Shown: piece after piece, positions 1 to 9,911 of the stretch | Position numbering within the stretch: position 1 is the stretch's first letter | How the letters are laid out: each line of letters opens with the position of its first letter | Notes under the pieces: model-generated | Told to the model about the DNA's origin: nothing | The model's input: only the letters and a program-made list of their open reading frames with translations | Databases searched by the model: none | Made by a program: the position numbers and the translations under genes | Assembly: GCA_964016885.1 (NCBI GenBank) | Contig: OZ024748.1 | Coordinates: forward strand, 248,001-312,000 | Direction: 5' to 3' | Source: Eledone cirrhosa | Lineage: Eukaryota | Length of the DNA: 64,000 bases

Positions 1-600
1 ATATCCAAAACATGATTTGTATATACATCAACAGTGACTCATTATTATACGCCAGTCACGACCCCACTGCAAAAACGATATCTATATAACAACCCCACCG
101 TAAAACTACTCTTCCCCACTTTACAAACACTTTATATTATTTGTCATTAAGGTTTCTTAAAATAAATATATATACGTATGTGTAGTAATTAGTACGGAGA
201 CTGAGAGAGAAGGGGCGAGTGTGTCTTCATGGAGGGCACATGGGACCAGCAAAGCCCTAAAAGTAGAGACCAGTAAATGAGATAAGGTCCTAGCTATGTT
301 AAGAATATAAATAAGAAACATGTTCTATACATTTAAGAAGACAAGAGAAACATGTTCTAAACATTTAAGAAATAATTATTTACCTCTTTCATGTCGGTAA
401 TATAGCGGTGTTATAAAACTAATTATAACGACCGGTGTTAAAATAGAGAGAGATAGACAGATAAATGTGTGTCACACTCTCACCCTCTCTTTAAATCTTT
501 TACACTATCTAACTCGTACTTCTCACACTCTCTTTAAATCTTTTACTCTATCTACCTCTCATTTCTATCTGTGTATGTATGTATGTATCTGTCTATGTGT

Positions 601-650
601 AACTCGGTGTACTGGAGCAATATGAAGTGAAGTGTCTTGCTCAAGAAGAC
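601..650 (-). mobile_element. Fragment of the central (CORE-like) domain of a tRNA-derived SINE; present in every spacer
   Basis: Reverse complement reads TTCTTGAGCAAGACACTTCACTTCATATTGCTCCAGT, matching TCCTTGAGCAAGACACTTTATTTCACATTGCTCCAGT in the SINE at 2942-3296. Confidence 0.7.
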
Positions 651-956
651 ATTTTGTGGAGTTATATCATCGTTTCTTGTTATAAAGCTACTTATACTAC
701 CGGCGTAACAGTGGCTATAGGTGATAGATGTAGAAATAAAAGGCTGTAACAGCGATATAAATATAGATGAAATAGTTTACCACGAGACTAAGAATGAATG
801 TTTAATGGAATTAAGTGTAATCTAATAGGAAATAAGAGGCTAGAGCAGCGAAATGTTTACGTAAAATAAAAGAACAACAAACAAGAGTGCAACATTGAAA
901 TTTTTTTTTTTTTTTTTGTCGATATAAGCGTTATTTTATGCGCGATTTGCCTTGCT

Positions 957-1069
957 GCCGGCGCTGCTCAGTCAGTAGCAGCTCCGCTTACGAACTTCAG
1001 GAGCCAACGACTTTACATGGTTCGAATCTCACCCTCTCCGCTCTTGTCGAGTTATCTCCTACTCTTTTT
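957..1069 (+). other. tRNA-like Pol III-type cassette (degenerate tRNA/SINE head or candidate small RNA); other copies start at ~6955, 12927, 22712, 28664, 38468, 48232, 54147
   Basis: A-box-like (C/T)TGCTCAGTCAGT at +8, B-box GGTTCGAATC (1019-1028), tRNA-like 3' stretch CTCACCCTCTCCGC, TTTTT at 1065-1069, TATAA at 923-927. Acceptor, anticodon and T stems do not pair, so it is not a functional tRNA. Confidence 0.55.
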
Positions 1070-1115
1070 ACTTAGTTCCAGGTCATTAAAATAGAGCAAA
1101 GAGGGCGCGGCGATC

Positions 1116-1292
1116 GGCATATGCACTGGCTACAATGTTGAACTTTGGTACTGACTGCGTAGTTGAACGTTCCACATACCAACCGCCCAACTGGCCAGTC
1201 AACCGCATATGCGGCTGGCTGGCCGGTTGGGTAGTTGGCATATGTACTGGCTACCATGCTGAACATTGTACTGACTGTCAAGTTGAACGTTC
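1116..1292. repeat. 60-bp imperfect palindrome (1179-1238) flanked by ~56-bp direct repeats; one per unit (palindromes also at ~7177, 13149, 22934, 28886, 38690, 48454, 54369)
   Basis: Left arm CCAACCGCCCAACTGGCCAGTCAACCGCAT vs reverse complement of right arm CCAACTACCCAACCGGCCAGCCAGCCGCAT (25/30). Flanks GGCATATG(C/T)ACTGGCTAC...GTTGAACGTTC at 1116-1172 and 1237-1292. Confidence 0.9.
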
Positions 1293-1736
1293 TAACCCTC
1301 TCTTTACATCTATTACTCTATCTACCGCTTATTTCTCCCCCTCTCTTTACTTCTATAACTCTATCTCCCACTCTCTTTACATCTATTACAGTGTCTCCCT
1401 GTATATATACACGTATATATGCACTAGATTTTATAAGAAATCTACGTAATAATATAATTAACAATAGTTGATGAATTAGACCAGAGTTAATTAAACAATA
1501 AATATGAATGAAATAGCAGTAGATGGCGAAACTTGAGTGTTGTGTGTGCATACATATATATGAGGTAAACTGGTTCAAATACTGTCAGGATTATATTGGA
1601 TCAAAGACTGTATTAAATAGAAAGTAAAAAATGAAGTGAAAATATAAAAACAAACTGAAAATTTCCCCATCCCTAGAAAAATTCATATCTTGTTATATAT
1701 AGATAATTGGCGCTTTAAATTGAATAAATATTCATT

Positions 1737-1810
1737 TATATATATATATATATGTATATATATATGTACACTGATATATATGTGTGTATATATATATGTG
1801 TATATATATA

Positions 1811-1863
<53 letters not shown>
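1737..1863. repeat. (TA)n-rich microsatellite, variable in length between units
   Basis: Direct reading; equivalent tracts at ~7715, 13686, 23493, 29422, 39226, 49013, 54930. Confidence 0.95.
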
Positions 1864-1865
<2 letters not shown>

Positions 1866-2412
1866 ACTTCATCATACGTCCGCTTTTCCATGCTTGCAAG
1901 GGTGGGGTGGGAGCTGATTCTGGATTGGTTTCTACAGCTGGGTGCCCTTCCTGACGCCAACCCCGTTTGCAGTGAGTGCTGGGTGCTTTTTTTTTTCCGT
2001 GGCACCTCCACGTCAGCTTTACAGTGTGGGCTGGGTGCTTTTTGGCCGCGGCGCCTCCACGACCACTTTGCGGTGGGGCGGTGGGGTGGTATGTGTATAC
2101 CCAGCCCATTGTCATTTGCCACACAGAAAAGCGTATAGCATCGTTCTTTACCCACGATGAATCTAGCAGACCCACCCCTCCACCTGGTCTCTTGAATACA
2201 ACAAACATCGACCTCCTTACGTTCAAGCATTTCTACAACCTCGTTAGAGCCACCCTATAAGGTGCCTACATTAATGGTACCAACTCTGAAGTTTTGGATT
2301 GCGTTTGGAGGTTGGGAGCGGTGGGGAGCGGGGATGGGGTTAGGGTTAGCCATCCGCGGCCGGAACAAAGAGGAGGAGCCCTTGCATTCTCGTCCATGAG
2401 GTGGATTTGTCT
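1863..2412 (-). mobile_element. Non-autonomous RTE-derived element: 5' region and APE endonuclease N-terminus joined to an RTE-type 3' tail (long form also at ~7835, 23614, 49122, 55051; truncated in L units at ~13825, 29560, 39348)
   Basis: Minus-strand translation [43 protein letters not shown] (APE motifs incl. QETRW) runs into the tail GTTGGCGTCAGGAAGGGCACCCAGCTGTAGAAA...GCATGGAAAAGCGGACGTATGATGA. Confidence 0.8.
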
Positions 2413-2941
2413 TTATGTATGTATATGTATATATGTATGTATGTGTGTGTATGTATGTATATGTATATATGAGTGTATATGTGTATATGTATGTATATGT
2501 GTATATGTATGTATATGTATGTGTATGTATGTGTATATATGTGTATATGTATGTGTTTGTATATATGTGTGTGTATGTATATATGTGTGTGTATGTATAT
2601 ATATATATGTATGTATGTGTATATGTATGTATATGTATGTATGTGTATATGTATATATGTATGTATATGTGTGTATGTATGTATATATGTATGTATGTGT
2701 ATATATGTATGTATGTATATGTATATATACGTGTGTATATGTATATATACTTATGTGTATATGCTTATGTATGTGTATGTGTGTATATTTATATTATGTA
2801 TATATATATATCTATGTATGTGTATGTATGTATATATATGTATGTATATGTGTATGTATGTGTATGTATGTATGTGTATATATGTATGTATGTATATATA
2901 TATGTATGTATATGTATGTGTATGTATATGTATATGTATAT
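2413..2941. repeat. Compound (TATG/TA/TG)n microsatellite of the S linker (also ~8385-8913, 24164-24650, 49672-50160, 55592-56096)
   Basis: Direct reading; source of the Y/M/V/C/I-rich spurious ORFs. Confidence 0.97.
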
Positions 2942-3296
2942 GGAGGCACATGGCTTAGTGGTTCGAGCATTGGCCTGGCAATCGAAAGGTTGTGAGTTCA
3001 ATTCTCAGACCGGGTGATGTGTTGTTTCCTTGAGCAAGACACTTTATTTCACATTGCTCCAGTTTACTCAGCTGTAGAAATGAGATGATAGGGACTGGGG
3101 TCCATATCATTCCACTGCAAAGTGGTCGTGGAGGTGCCACGGCAAAAAAGCACTCAGCACTCACTGTAAATGAGGTTGGTGTTAGGAAGGGCATCCAGCT
3201 GTAGAAATCAAGCCAGAATCAGTTCCCGTCCCACCCTTGCAAGCAGGGAAAAAGCGGACTTAAAACGAAATGATGATGATGATGATGATGATGATG
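2942..3296 (+). mobile_element. tRNA-derived SINE with CORE-like central domain, RTE-type 3' tail and (ATG)n end
   Basis: A box TGGCTTAGTGG, B-box-like GAGTTCAATTC, central CCTTGAGCAAGACACTT, tail GTTGGTGTTAGGAAGGGCATCCAGCTGTAGAAA...GCGGACTTAAAACGAA(ATG)n. Confidence 0.85.
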
Positions 3297-3344
3297 TATG
3301 TATGTATGTGTATATGTATGTATGTATGTATATGTATGTATGTG

Positions 3345-3492
3345 TATGAGATGCAGTTTGGTTTTGTGCCGCTGAAAAGTGCAACAGATGCCCTCTTCTT
3401 AGTGAGACAACTACAAAAGAGGTTCTTAGAGAAAAATAAGCCACTATACTTAGCTATGGACATAGAGAAGGCTTTTGATAGAGAACTCTTAT
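3345..3492 (+). pseudogene. RTE-clade reverse transcriptase fragment (5' part absent in L units)
   Basis: EMQFGFVPLKSATDALFLVRQLQKRFLEKNKPLYLA-DIEKAFDR, homologous to EMQFGFVSGKSTTDALFIVRQLQEKYLVKSKPLYLAFVDLEKAFDR in the RTE ORF at 16107-17363. Confidence 0.88.
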
Positions 3493-3564
3493 AAATGACA
3501 ACATATATATATGTGTGTGTATATATATGTTTTTTTTAAAACTATATATTTATTACTCCCTTAA

Positions 3565-3860
3565 GCAGAAGAAATATATTCCCAGATATCGAAGATTACC
3601 ACAATAACTAGGGAGCGGAAATCAATAGATGCTGGACATTGCTGCTGAGGGTAGGATGACCTGATGAGCTGGCTCCTGTGGTGGATACCTAAACATAGTA
3701 AGACCCTAGTGGGATGACTGAGGTTCACCTACATACATCAGATGTCTCTGGATCTCCAGCTGGAGATTAATGATCTCAGGAATGCCATGAAAAATCGTGA
3801 CATCTAAAAAAGAAGAGTAGAATTGTTCTGGCCAATCCACCTGACCTAATAAACAATAAT
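3565..3860 (+). pseudogene. Degraded 3' end of a second RTE/RTEX-like LINE with (AAT)n tail; precedes every CRE-like copy
   Basis: Hand translation EEIYSQISKITTITRERKSIDAGHCC*G*DDLMSWLLWWIPKHSKTLVG*LRFTYIHQMSLDLQLEINDLRNAMKNRDI*KRRV resembles the AGH...LLW.PKHG...G...TY...DL..AM.DR..W C-terminus of RTE-group ORFs. Confidence 0.65.
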
Positions 3861-3939
3861 AATATTAATATATATTGATGAAAATTAATTATGGTGAAAT
3901 ATCTTAGAAATCATTCTCAGAGGTTTTGTATTGTAATCC

Positions 3940-5939
3940 ACACTTGCTCGTTGTGGCTTCTGATGCAGACATCATGTCCGCCATCAGGTCCTTCCCAGCT
4001 AGCAGCTGCGGTGATGTTGATGGTCTCTGACCAGGCCTCCTCAAGGAGTTGACATCTCCCCTCTCCGCTGAGGCCGGGCGCCGCCTTCTGAGTGCAATTG
4101 TGGCGCTCACCAATAGGCTCATCCATGGCGCCCTGGACTCTTATGCTCGAGGCCTCTTTTTTTCAGCCAGCTTCACCGCTCTCAGGAAGAAAGAGGGTGG
4201 CATACGCCCCATTGCTGTGGGCAATGTCTTCCGGAGGCTGGCTGCCAAGGTAACCTGCAAGTCCGTAACACTCGGAACCGGCATCCAGGGACTCCAGCCA
4301 CCTCATTGTCAAGTTTGACATGAGGAATGCCTTCAACTCTTTACGCTGGGATCATCTGTTCGAGGCCTGCCTCAGCCGAGCCCCCTCTGCCTAGCTGTCA
4401 TATGCAGCCCCGAGCATGCGACATGCTGCTGATACGGTCATACCCTTGGCTACTGGGATCCAACAGGGCAACCCTTTGGGACCCCTCCTGTTCACCCTTG
4501 GTATTGACCACATCGCCCGGAGTATAACGGCCCCTCTCAACGTTTGGTATCTGGATGATGCTACTTTGGGTGGGCCCGTACAGGCGGTCTGCCATGACCT
4601 TCAATCGGTGGTTCCTGCCCTGGCGGGAATCGACCTCCAGGTCAACTCAGCCAAGTCGGAGGTGGTGAATGTCAGCCTCGATGCTGCAAGCTTTGCAGTC
4701 TCCGTCTTGGACGTGCGGTCCATTCTCCGCCAGGTTCAGGTGACCCCCAAAGAGGATGCCCTCACCGATCCACCCGCCGGCCATCCGCTCCACCATCAAG
4801 TTCAGACTCTCACGAGCCGACTGGGCTTGATTGATGGCCACCCAGTTCTCTTTCTGCTGAGGAACTGCTACGCCATGCCGAAGCTCCTCTATACACTCTG
4901 TGCTACACCCAGACTTGTATCCGAGCAGCAGCCGATGAGATATGCAACTTTACCTATCAGGTATGGCGACCTTCGCCTCCAGTCCCCGATCTCACTAGCT
5001 TTGCCGGCGTATCTTTCGTCGGTAACCTCGTACCACGTCCATCTCAGCAGGGTTCTTCAAAACACAACAGAACCCTCTGTGTTCAGAGAACGCGTGGCCG
5101 CCTGTGAGACGTGGCACCGGCTGGGACTTAGCCCAGTAGACGTTCCTCCTCCTTCTCCCCCTGTTGACGTCAAGTCCCCCCAACACACTTGGGATGCCAT
5201 CCAGTGCAGCCTGGCCTCAGACAGGCTCACGTGCCAGCTCGACCAGCACCGCCTTGTTTGTTTTCGTGCGGCCTCCAAACCCCACAGTGGGGCCTGGCTC
5301 CATGCCCTGCCCTCCTTCTCCACTCGCACGCAGCTAGACAACCATAGCTTGCGCATCGGCGTTTCCCTGAGGCTCGGCCTCACACCAATGTCGCTGCCGT
5401 TCCACCATGGACTCTTTCGGCCTCCACCCGCTTTCCTGTCGCCACAGTGCCAGCCGCAATCCACGCCATGCTGCCCTCAACGAAATCATTAAGCATGGCT
5501 TGGACGCTGCAGGCTTCCCTTCCCAGCTCCAGGGGACGGCAAAAGGCTAGATGGCATGACCATCTTCCCGTTCCGCGGTGGCAAACCCCTCGTCTGGGAT
5601 GCCACTTGCACCGACACTTTCTGCAGCCGCAACCTGGTGCAGTCTGCGACTGGCCCAGGTTCTGCTGCACGTCAGGCTGAGAGGGCCAAACTCCTCACAT
5701 ATCGTTCACTCTCCGACAGGTTTGCGGTCGTACCCCTGGAAGTGGAGACTTCTGGTGTCCTCGACCCCAGGGCTACCTCCTTACTCACCACCATAGGCGC
5801 TGAGCTGGCCAGTCGCAGGTGTGAGCCCCGCGAGTTGGAGTGGCTTTTCCAGCGCGTCTCCCTTGCCGTGCTCCGGGGAAACGCCTTCTCCATTCTGTCC
5901 GCCGGGGCTGTGGGTGGGCCCCATCGCGTACCGTTATAG
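3940..5939 (+). mobile_element. CRE-like non-LTR retrotransposon relic (RT, CCHC finger, restriction-like endonuclease), copy 1, alpha type
   Basis: Motifs IRSFPASSCGDVDGL*PG, KKEGGIRPIAVGNVFRRLAAK, KFDMRNAFNSL, GIQQGNPLGPLLF, WYLDD, HSGAWLHALP, CRC-x9-H-x3-C then RHAALN, DGKR(L/P)DG, WDATCTDT, VPLEVETSG, FQRVSLAVLRGNA. Stops, frameshifts and deletions; 5' truncated. Confidence 0.88.
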
Positions 5940-7786
5940 TTGTTGAAGAAGAAACAGGGAGACAACAACTGGAATGTATACAAAACAACTAAATCTCTTA
6001 AATAACTTCACTTATATCCAAAATATGATTTGTATATACATCAACAGTGACTCATTATTATACGCCAGTCACGACCCCACTGCAAAAACGATATCTATAT
6101 AACAACCCCACCGTAAAACTACTCTTCCCCACTTTACAAACACTTTATATTATTTGTCATTAAGGTTTCTTAAAATAAATATATATACGTATGTGTAGTA
6201 ATTAGTACGGAGACTGAGAGAGAAGGGGCGAGTGTGTCTTCATGGAGGGCACATGGGACCAGCAAAGCCCTAAAAGTAGAGACCAGTAAATGAGATAAGG
6301 TCCTAGCTATGTTAAGAATATAAATAAGAAACATGTTCTATACATTTAAGAAGACAAGAGAAACATGTTCTAAACATTTAAGAAATAATTATTTACCTCT
6401 TTCATGTCGGTAATATAGCGGTGTTATAAAACTAATTATAACGACCGGTGTTAAAATAGAGAGAGATAGACAGATAAATGTGTGTCACACTCTCACCCTC
6501 TCTTTAAATCTTTTACACTATCTTTACATCTTTTACTCTATCTCCCTCTTATTTCTATCTGTGTACATATATATGTGTATGTATGTATCTGTCTATGTGT
6601 AACTCGGTGTACTGGAGCAATATGAGGTGAAGTGTCTTGCTCAAGAAGACATTTTGTGGAGTTATATCATCGTTTCTTGTTATAAAGCTACTTATACTAC
6701 CGGCGTAACAGTGGCTATAGGTGATAGATGTAGAAATAAAAGGCTGTAACAGCGATATAAATATAGATGAAATAGTTTACCACGAGACTAAGAATGAATG
6801 TTTAATGGAATTAAGTGTAATCTAATAGGAAATAAGAGGCTAGAGCAGCGAAATGTTTACGTAAAATAAAAGAACAACAAACAAGAGTGCAACATTGAAA
6901 TTTTTGTTTTATTTTCTCGATATAAGCGTTATTTTATGCGCGATTTGCCTTGCTGCCGGCGTTGCTCAGTCAGTAGCAGCCCCGCTTACGAAGTTCAGGA
7001 GCCAACGACTTTACATGGTTCGAATCTCACCCTCTCCGCTCTTGTCGAGTTATCTCCTACTCTTTTTACTTAGTTCCAGGTCATTTAAATAGAGCAAAGA
7101 GGTCGCGGCGATCGGCATATGCACTGGCTACAATGTTGAACTTTGGTACTGACTGCATAGTTGAACGTTCCACATACCAACCGCCCAACTGGCCAGTCAA
7201 CCGCAAATACGGCTGGCTGGCCGGTTGGGTAGTTGGCATATGTACTGACTGTCAAGTTGAACGTTCTAACCCTCTCTTTACATCTATTGCTCTATCTACC
7301 GCTTATTTCTCTCCCTCTCTTTACTTCTATAACTCTATCTCCCACTCTCTTTACATCTATTACACAGTGTCTCCCTGTATATATACACGTATATATGCAC
7401 TAGATTTTATAAGAAATCTACGTAATAATATAATTAACAATAGTTGATGAATTAGACCAGAGTTAATTAAACAATAAATATGAATGAAATAGCAGTAGAT
7501 GGCGAAACTTGAGTGTTGTGTGTGCATACATATATATGAGGTAAACTGGTTCAAATACTGTCAGGATTATATTGGATCAAAGACTGTATTAAATAGAAAG
7601 TAAAAAATGAAGTGAAAATATAAAAACAAACTGAAAATTTCCCCATCCCTAGAAAAATTCATATCTTGTTATATATAGATAATTGGCGCTTTAAATTGAA
7701 TAAATATTCATTTATATATATATATATATGTATATATATATGTACACTGATATATATGTGTGTATATATATATGTGTATATATATA

Positions 7787-7837
<51 letters not shown>

Positions 7838-8913
7838 ACTTCATCATACGTCCGCTTTTCCATGCTTGCAAGGGTGGGGTGGGAGCTGATTCTGGATTGG
7901 TTTCTACAGCTGGTTGCCCTTCCTGACGCCAACCCCGTTTGCAGTGAGTGCTGGGTGCTTTTTTTTTTCCGTGGCACCTCCACGTCAGCTTTACAGTGTG
8001 GGCTGGGTGCTTTTTGGCCGCGGCGCCTCCACGACCACTTTGCGGTGGGGCGGTGGGGTGGTATGTGTATACCCAGCCCATTGTCATTTGCCACACAGAA
8101 AAGCGTATAGCATCGTTCTTTACCCACGATGAATCTAGCAGACCCACCCCTCCACCTGGTCTCTTGAATACAACAAACATCGACCTCCTTACGTTCAAGC
8201 ATTTCTACAACCTCGTTAGAGCCACCCTATAAGGTGCCTACATTAATGGTACCAACTCTGAAGTTTTGGATTGCGTTTGGAGGTTGGGAGCGGTGGGGAG
8301 CGGGGATGGGGTTAGGGTTAGCCATCCGCGGCCGGAACAAAGAGGAGGAGCCCTTGCATTCTCGTCCATGAGGTGGATTTGTCTTTATGTATGTATATGT
8401 ATATATGTATGTATGTGTGTGTATGTATGTATATGTATATATGAGTGTATATGTGTATATGTATGTATATGTGTATATGTATGTATATGTATGTGTATGT
8501 ATGTGTATATATGTGTATATGTATGTGTTTGTATATATGTGTGTGTATGTATATATGTGTGTGTATGTATATATATATATGTATGTATGTGTATATGTAT
8601 GTATATGTATGTATGTGTATATGTATATATGTATGTATATGTGTGTATGTATGTATATATGTATGTATGTGTATATATGTATGTATGTATATGTATATAT
8701 ACGTGTGTATATGTATATATACTTATGTGTATATGCTTATGTATGTGTATGTGTGTATATTTATATTATGTATATATATATATCTATGTATGTGTATGTA
8801 TGTATATATATGTATGTATATGTGTATGTATGTGTATGTATGTATGTGTATATATGTATGTATGTATATATATATGTATGTATATGTATGTGTATGTATA
8901 TGTATATGTATAT

Positions 8914-9268
8914 GGAGGCACATGGCTTAGTGGTTCGAGCATTGGCCTGGCAATCGAAAGGTTGTGAGTTCAATTCTCAGACCGGGTGATGTGTTGTTTC
9001 CTTGAGCAAGACACTTTATTTCACATTGCTCCAGTTTACTCAGCTGTAGAAATGAGATGATAGGGACTGGGGTCCATATCATTCCACTGCAAAGTGGTCG
9101 TGGAGGTGCCACGGCAAAAAAGCACTCAGCACTCACTGTAAATGAGGTTGGTGTTAGGAAGGGCATCCAGCTGTAGAAATCAAGCCAGAATCAGTTCCCG
9201 TCCCACCCTTGCAAGCAGGGAAAAAGCGGACTTAAAACGAAATGATGATGATGATGATGATGATGATG
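8914..9268 (+). mobile_element. tRNA-derived SINE with RTE tail (S linker copy 2)
   Basis: Same sequence as 2942-3296, offset 5972. Confidence 0.85.
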
Positions 9269-9911
9269 TATGTATGTATGTGTATATGTATGTATGTATG
9301 TATATGTATGTATGTGTATGAGATGCAGTTTGGTTTTGTGCCGCTGAAAAGTGCAACAGATGCCCTCTTCTTAGTGAGACAACTACAAAAGAGGTTCTTA
9401 GAGAAAAATAAGCCACTATACTTAGCTATGGACATAGAGAAGGCTTTTGATAGAGAACTCTTATAAATGACAACATATATATATGTGTGTGTATATATAT
9501 GTTTTTTTTAAAACTATATATTTATTACTCCCTTAAGCAGAAGAAATATATTCCCAGATATCGAAGATTACCACAATAACTAGGGAGCGGAAATCAATAG
9601 ATGCTGGACATTGCTGCTGAGGGTAGGATGACCTGATGAGCTGGCTCCTGTGGTGGATACCTAAACATAGTAAGACCCTAGTGGGATGACTGAGGTTCAC
9701 CTACATACATCAGATGTCTCTGGATCTCCAGCTGGAGATTAATGATCTCAGGAATGCCATGAAAAATCGTGACATCTAAAAAAGAAGAGTAGAATTGTTC
9801 TGGCCAATCCACCTGACCTAATAAACAATAATAATATTAATATATATTGATGAAAATTAATTATGGTGAAATATCTTAGAAATCATTCTCAGAGGTTTTG
9901 TATTGTAATCC

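Noticed and set aside
957-1045. Functional tRNA gene (TTACGAA loop suggesting Arg-ACG; Ser-like 3' end)
   Set aside because: Acceptor, anticodon and T stems do not base-pair; kept only as a tRNA-like cassette.
1135-1449. 104-aa ORF present in all eight spacers
   Set aside because: C-terminal frame differs between A and B classes (2-bp indel), it runs through low-complexity repeats, and it has no recognisable domain; recurrence reflects recent duplication.
2314-2349. Telomeric TTAGGG repeat / G-quadruplex motif
   Set aside because: Fewer than two full TTAGGG units, inside the 5' region of the RTE-derived element; no evidence of an independent role.
2294-3017. 160-240-aa ORFs rich in Y/M/V/C/I (and equivalents in other units)
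   Set aside because: Translations of (TATG/TA/TG)n microsatellite that lacks stops in these frames; open in several frames at once.
3655-3700. Hammerhead ribozyme core CTGATGAG
   Set aside because: No stem II followed by GAAA; the motif lies in degraded LINE coding sequence.
3860-6100. Spliced-leader, snRNA or 5S target gene at the CRE junctions
   Set aside because: No recognisable U1/U2/U4/U5/U6/5S/7SL sequence or SL-like hairpin with Sm site seen by eye; an Rfam scan is needed to exclude it formally.
6895-7092. 65-aa ORF resembling a secreted peptide (MKFLFYFLDISVILCAICLAAGVAQS)
   Set aside because: Starts at TTG, not ATG. The hydrophobic stretch comes from a T-rich run whose length varies and shifts the frame in three of the four A-class spacers.
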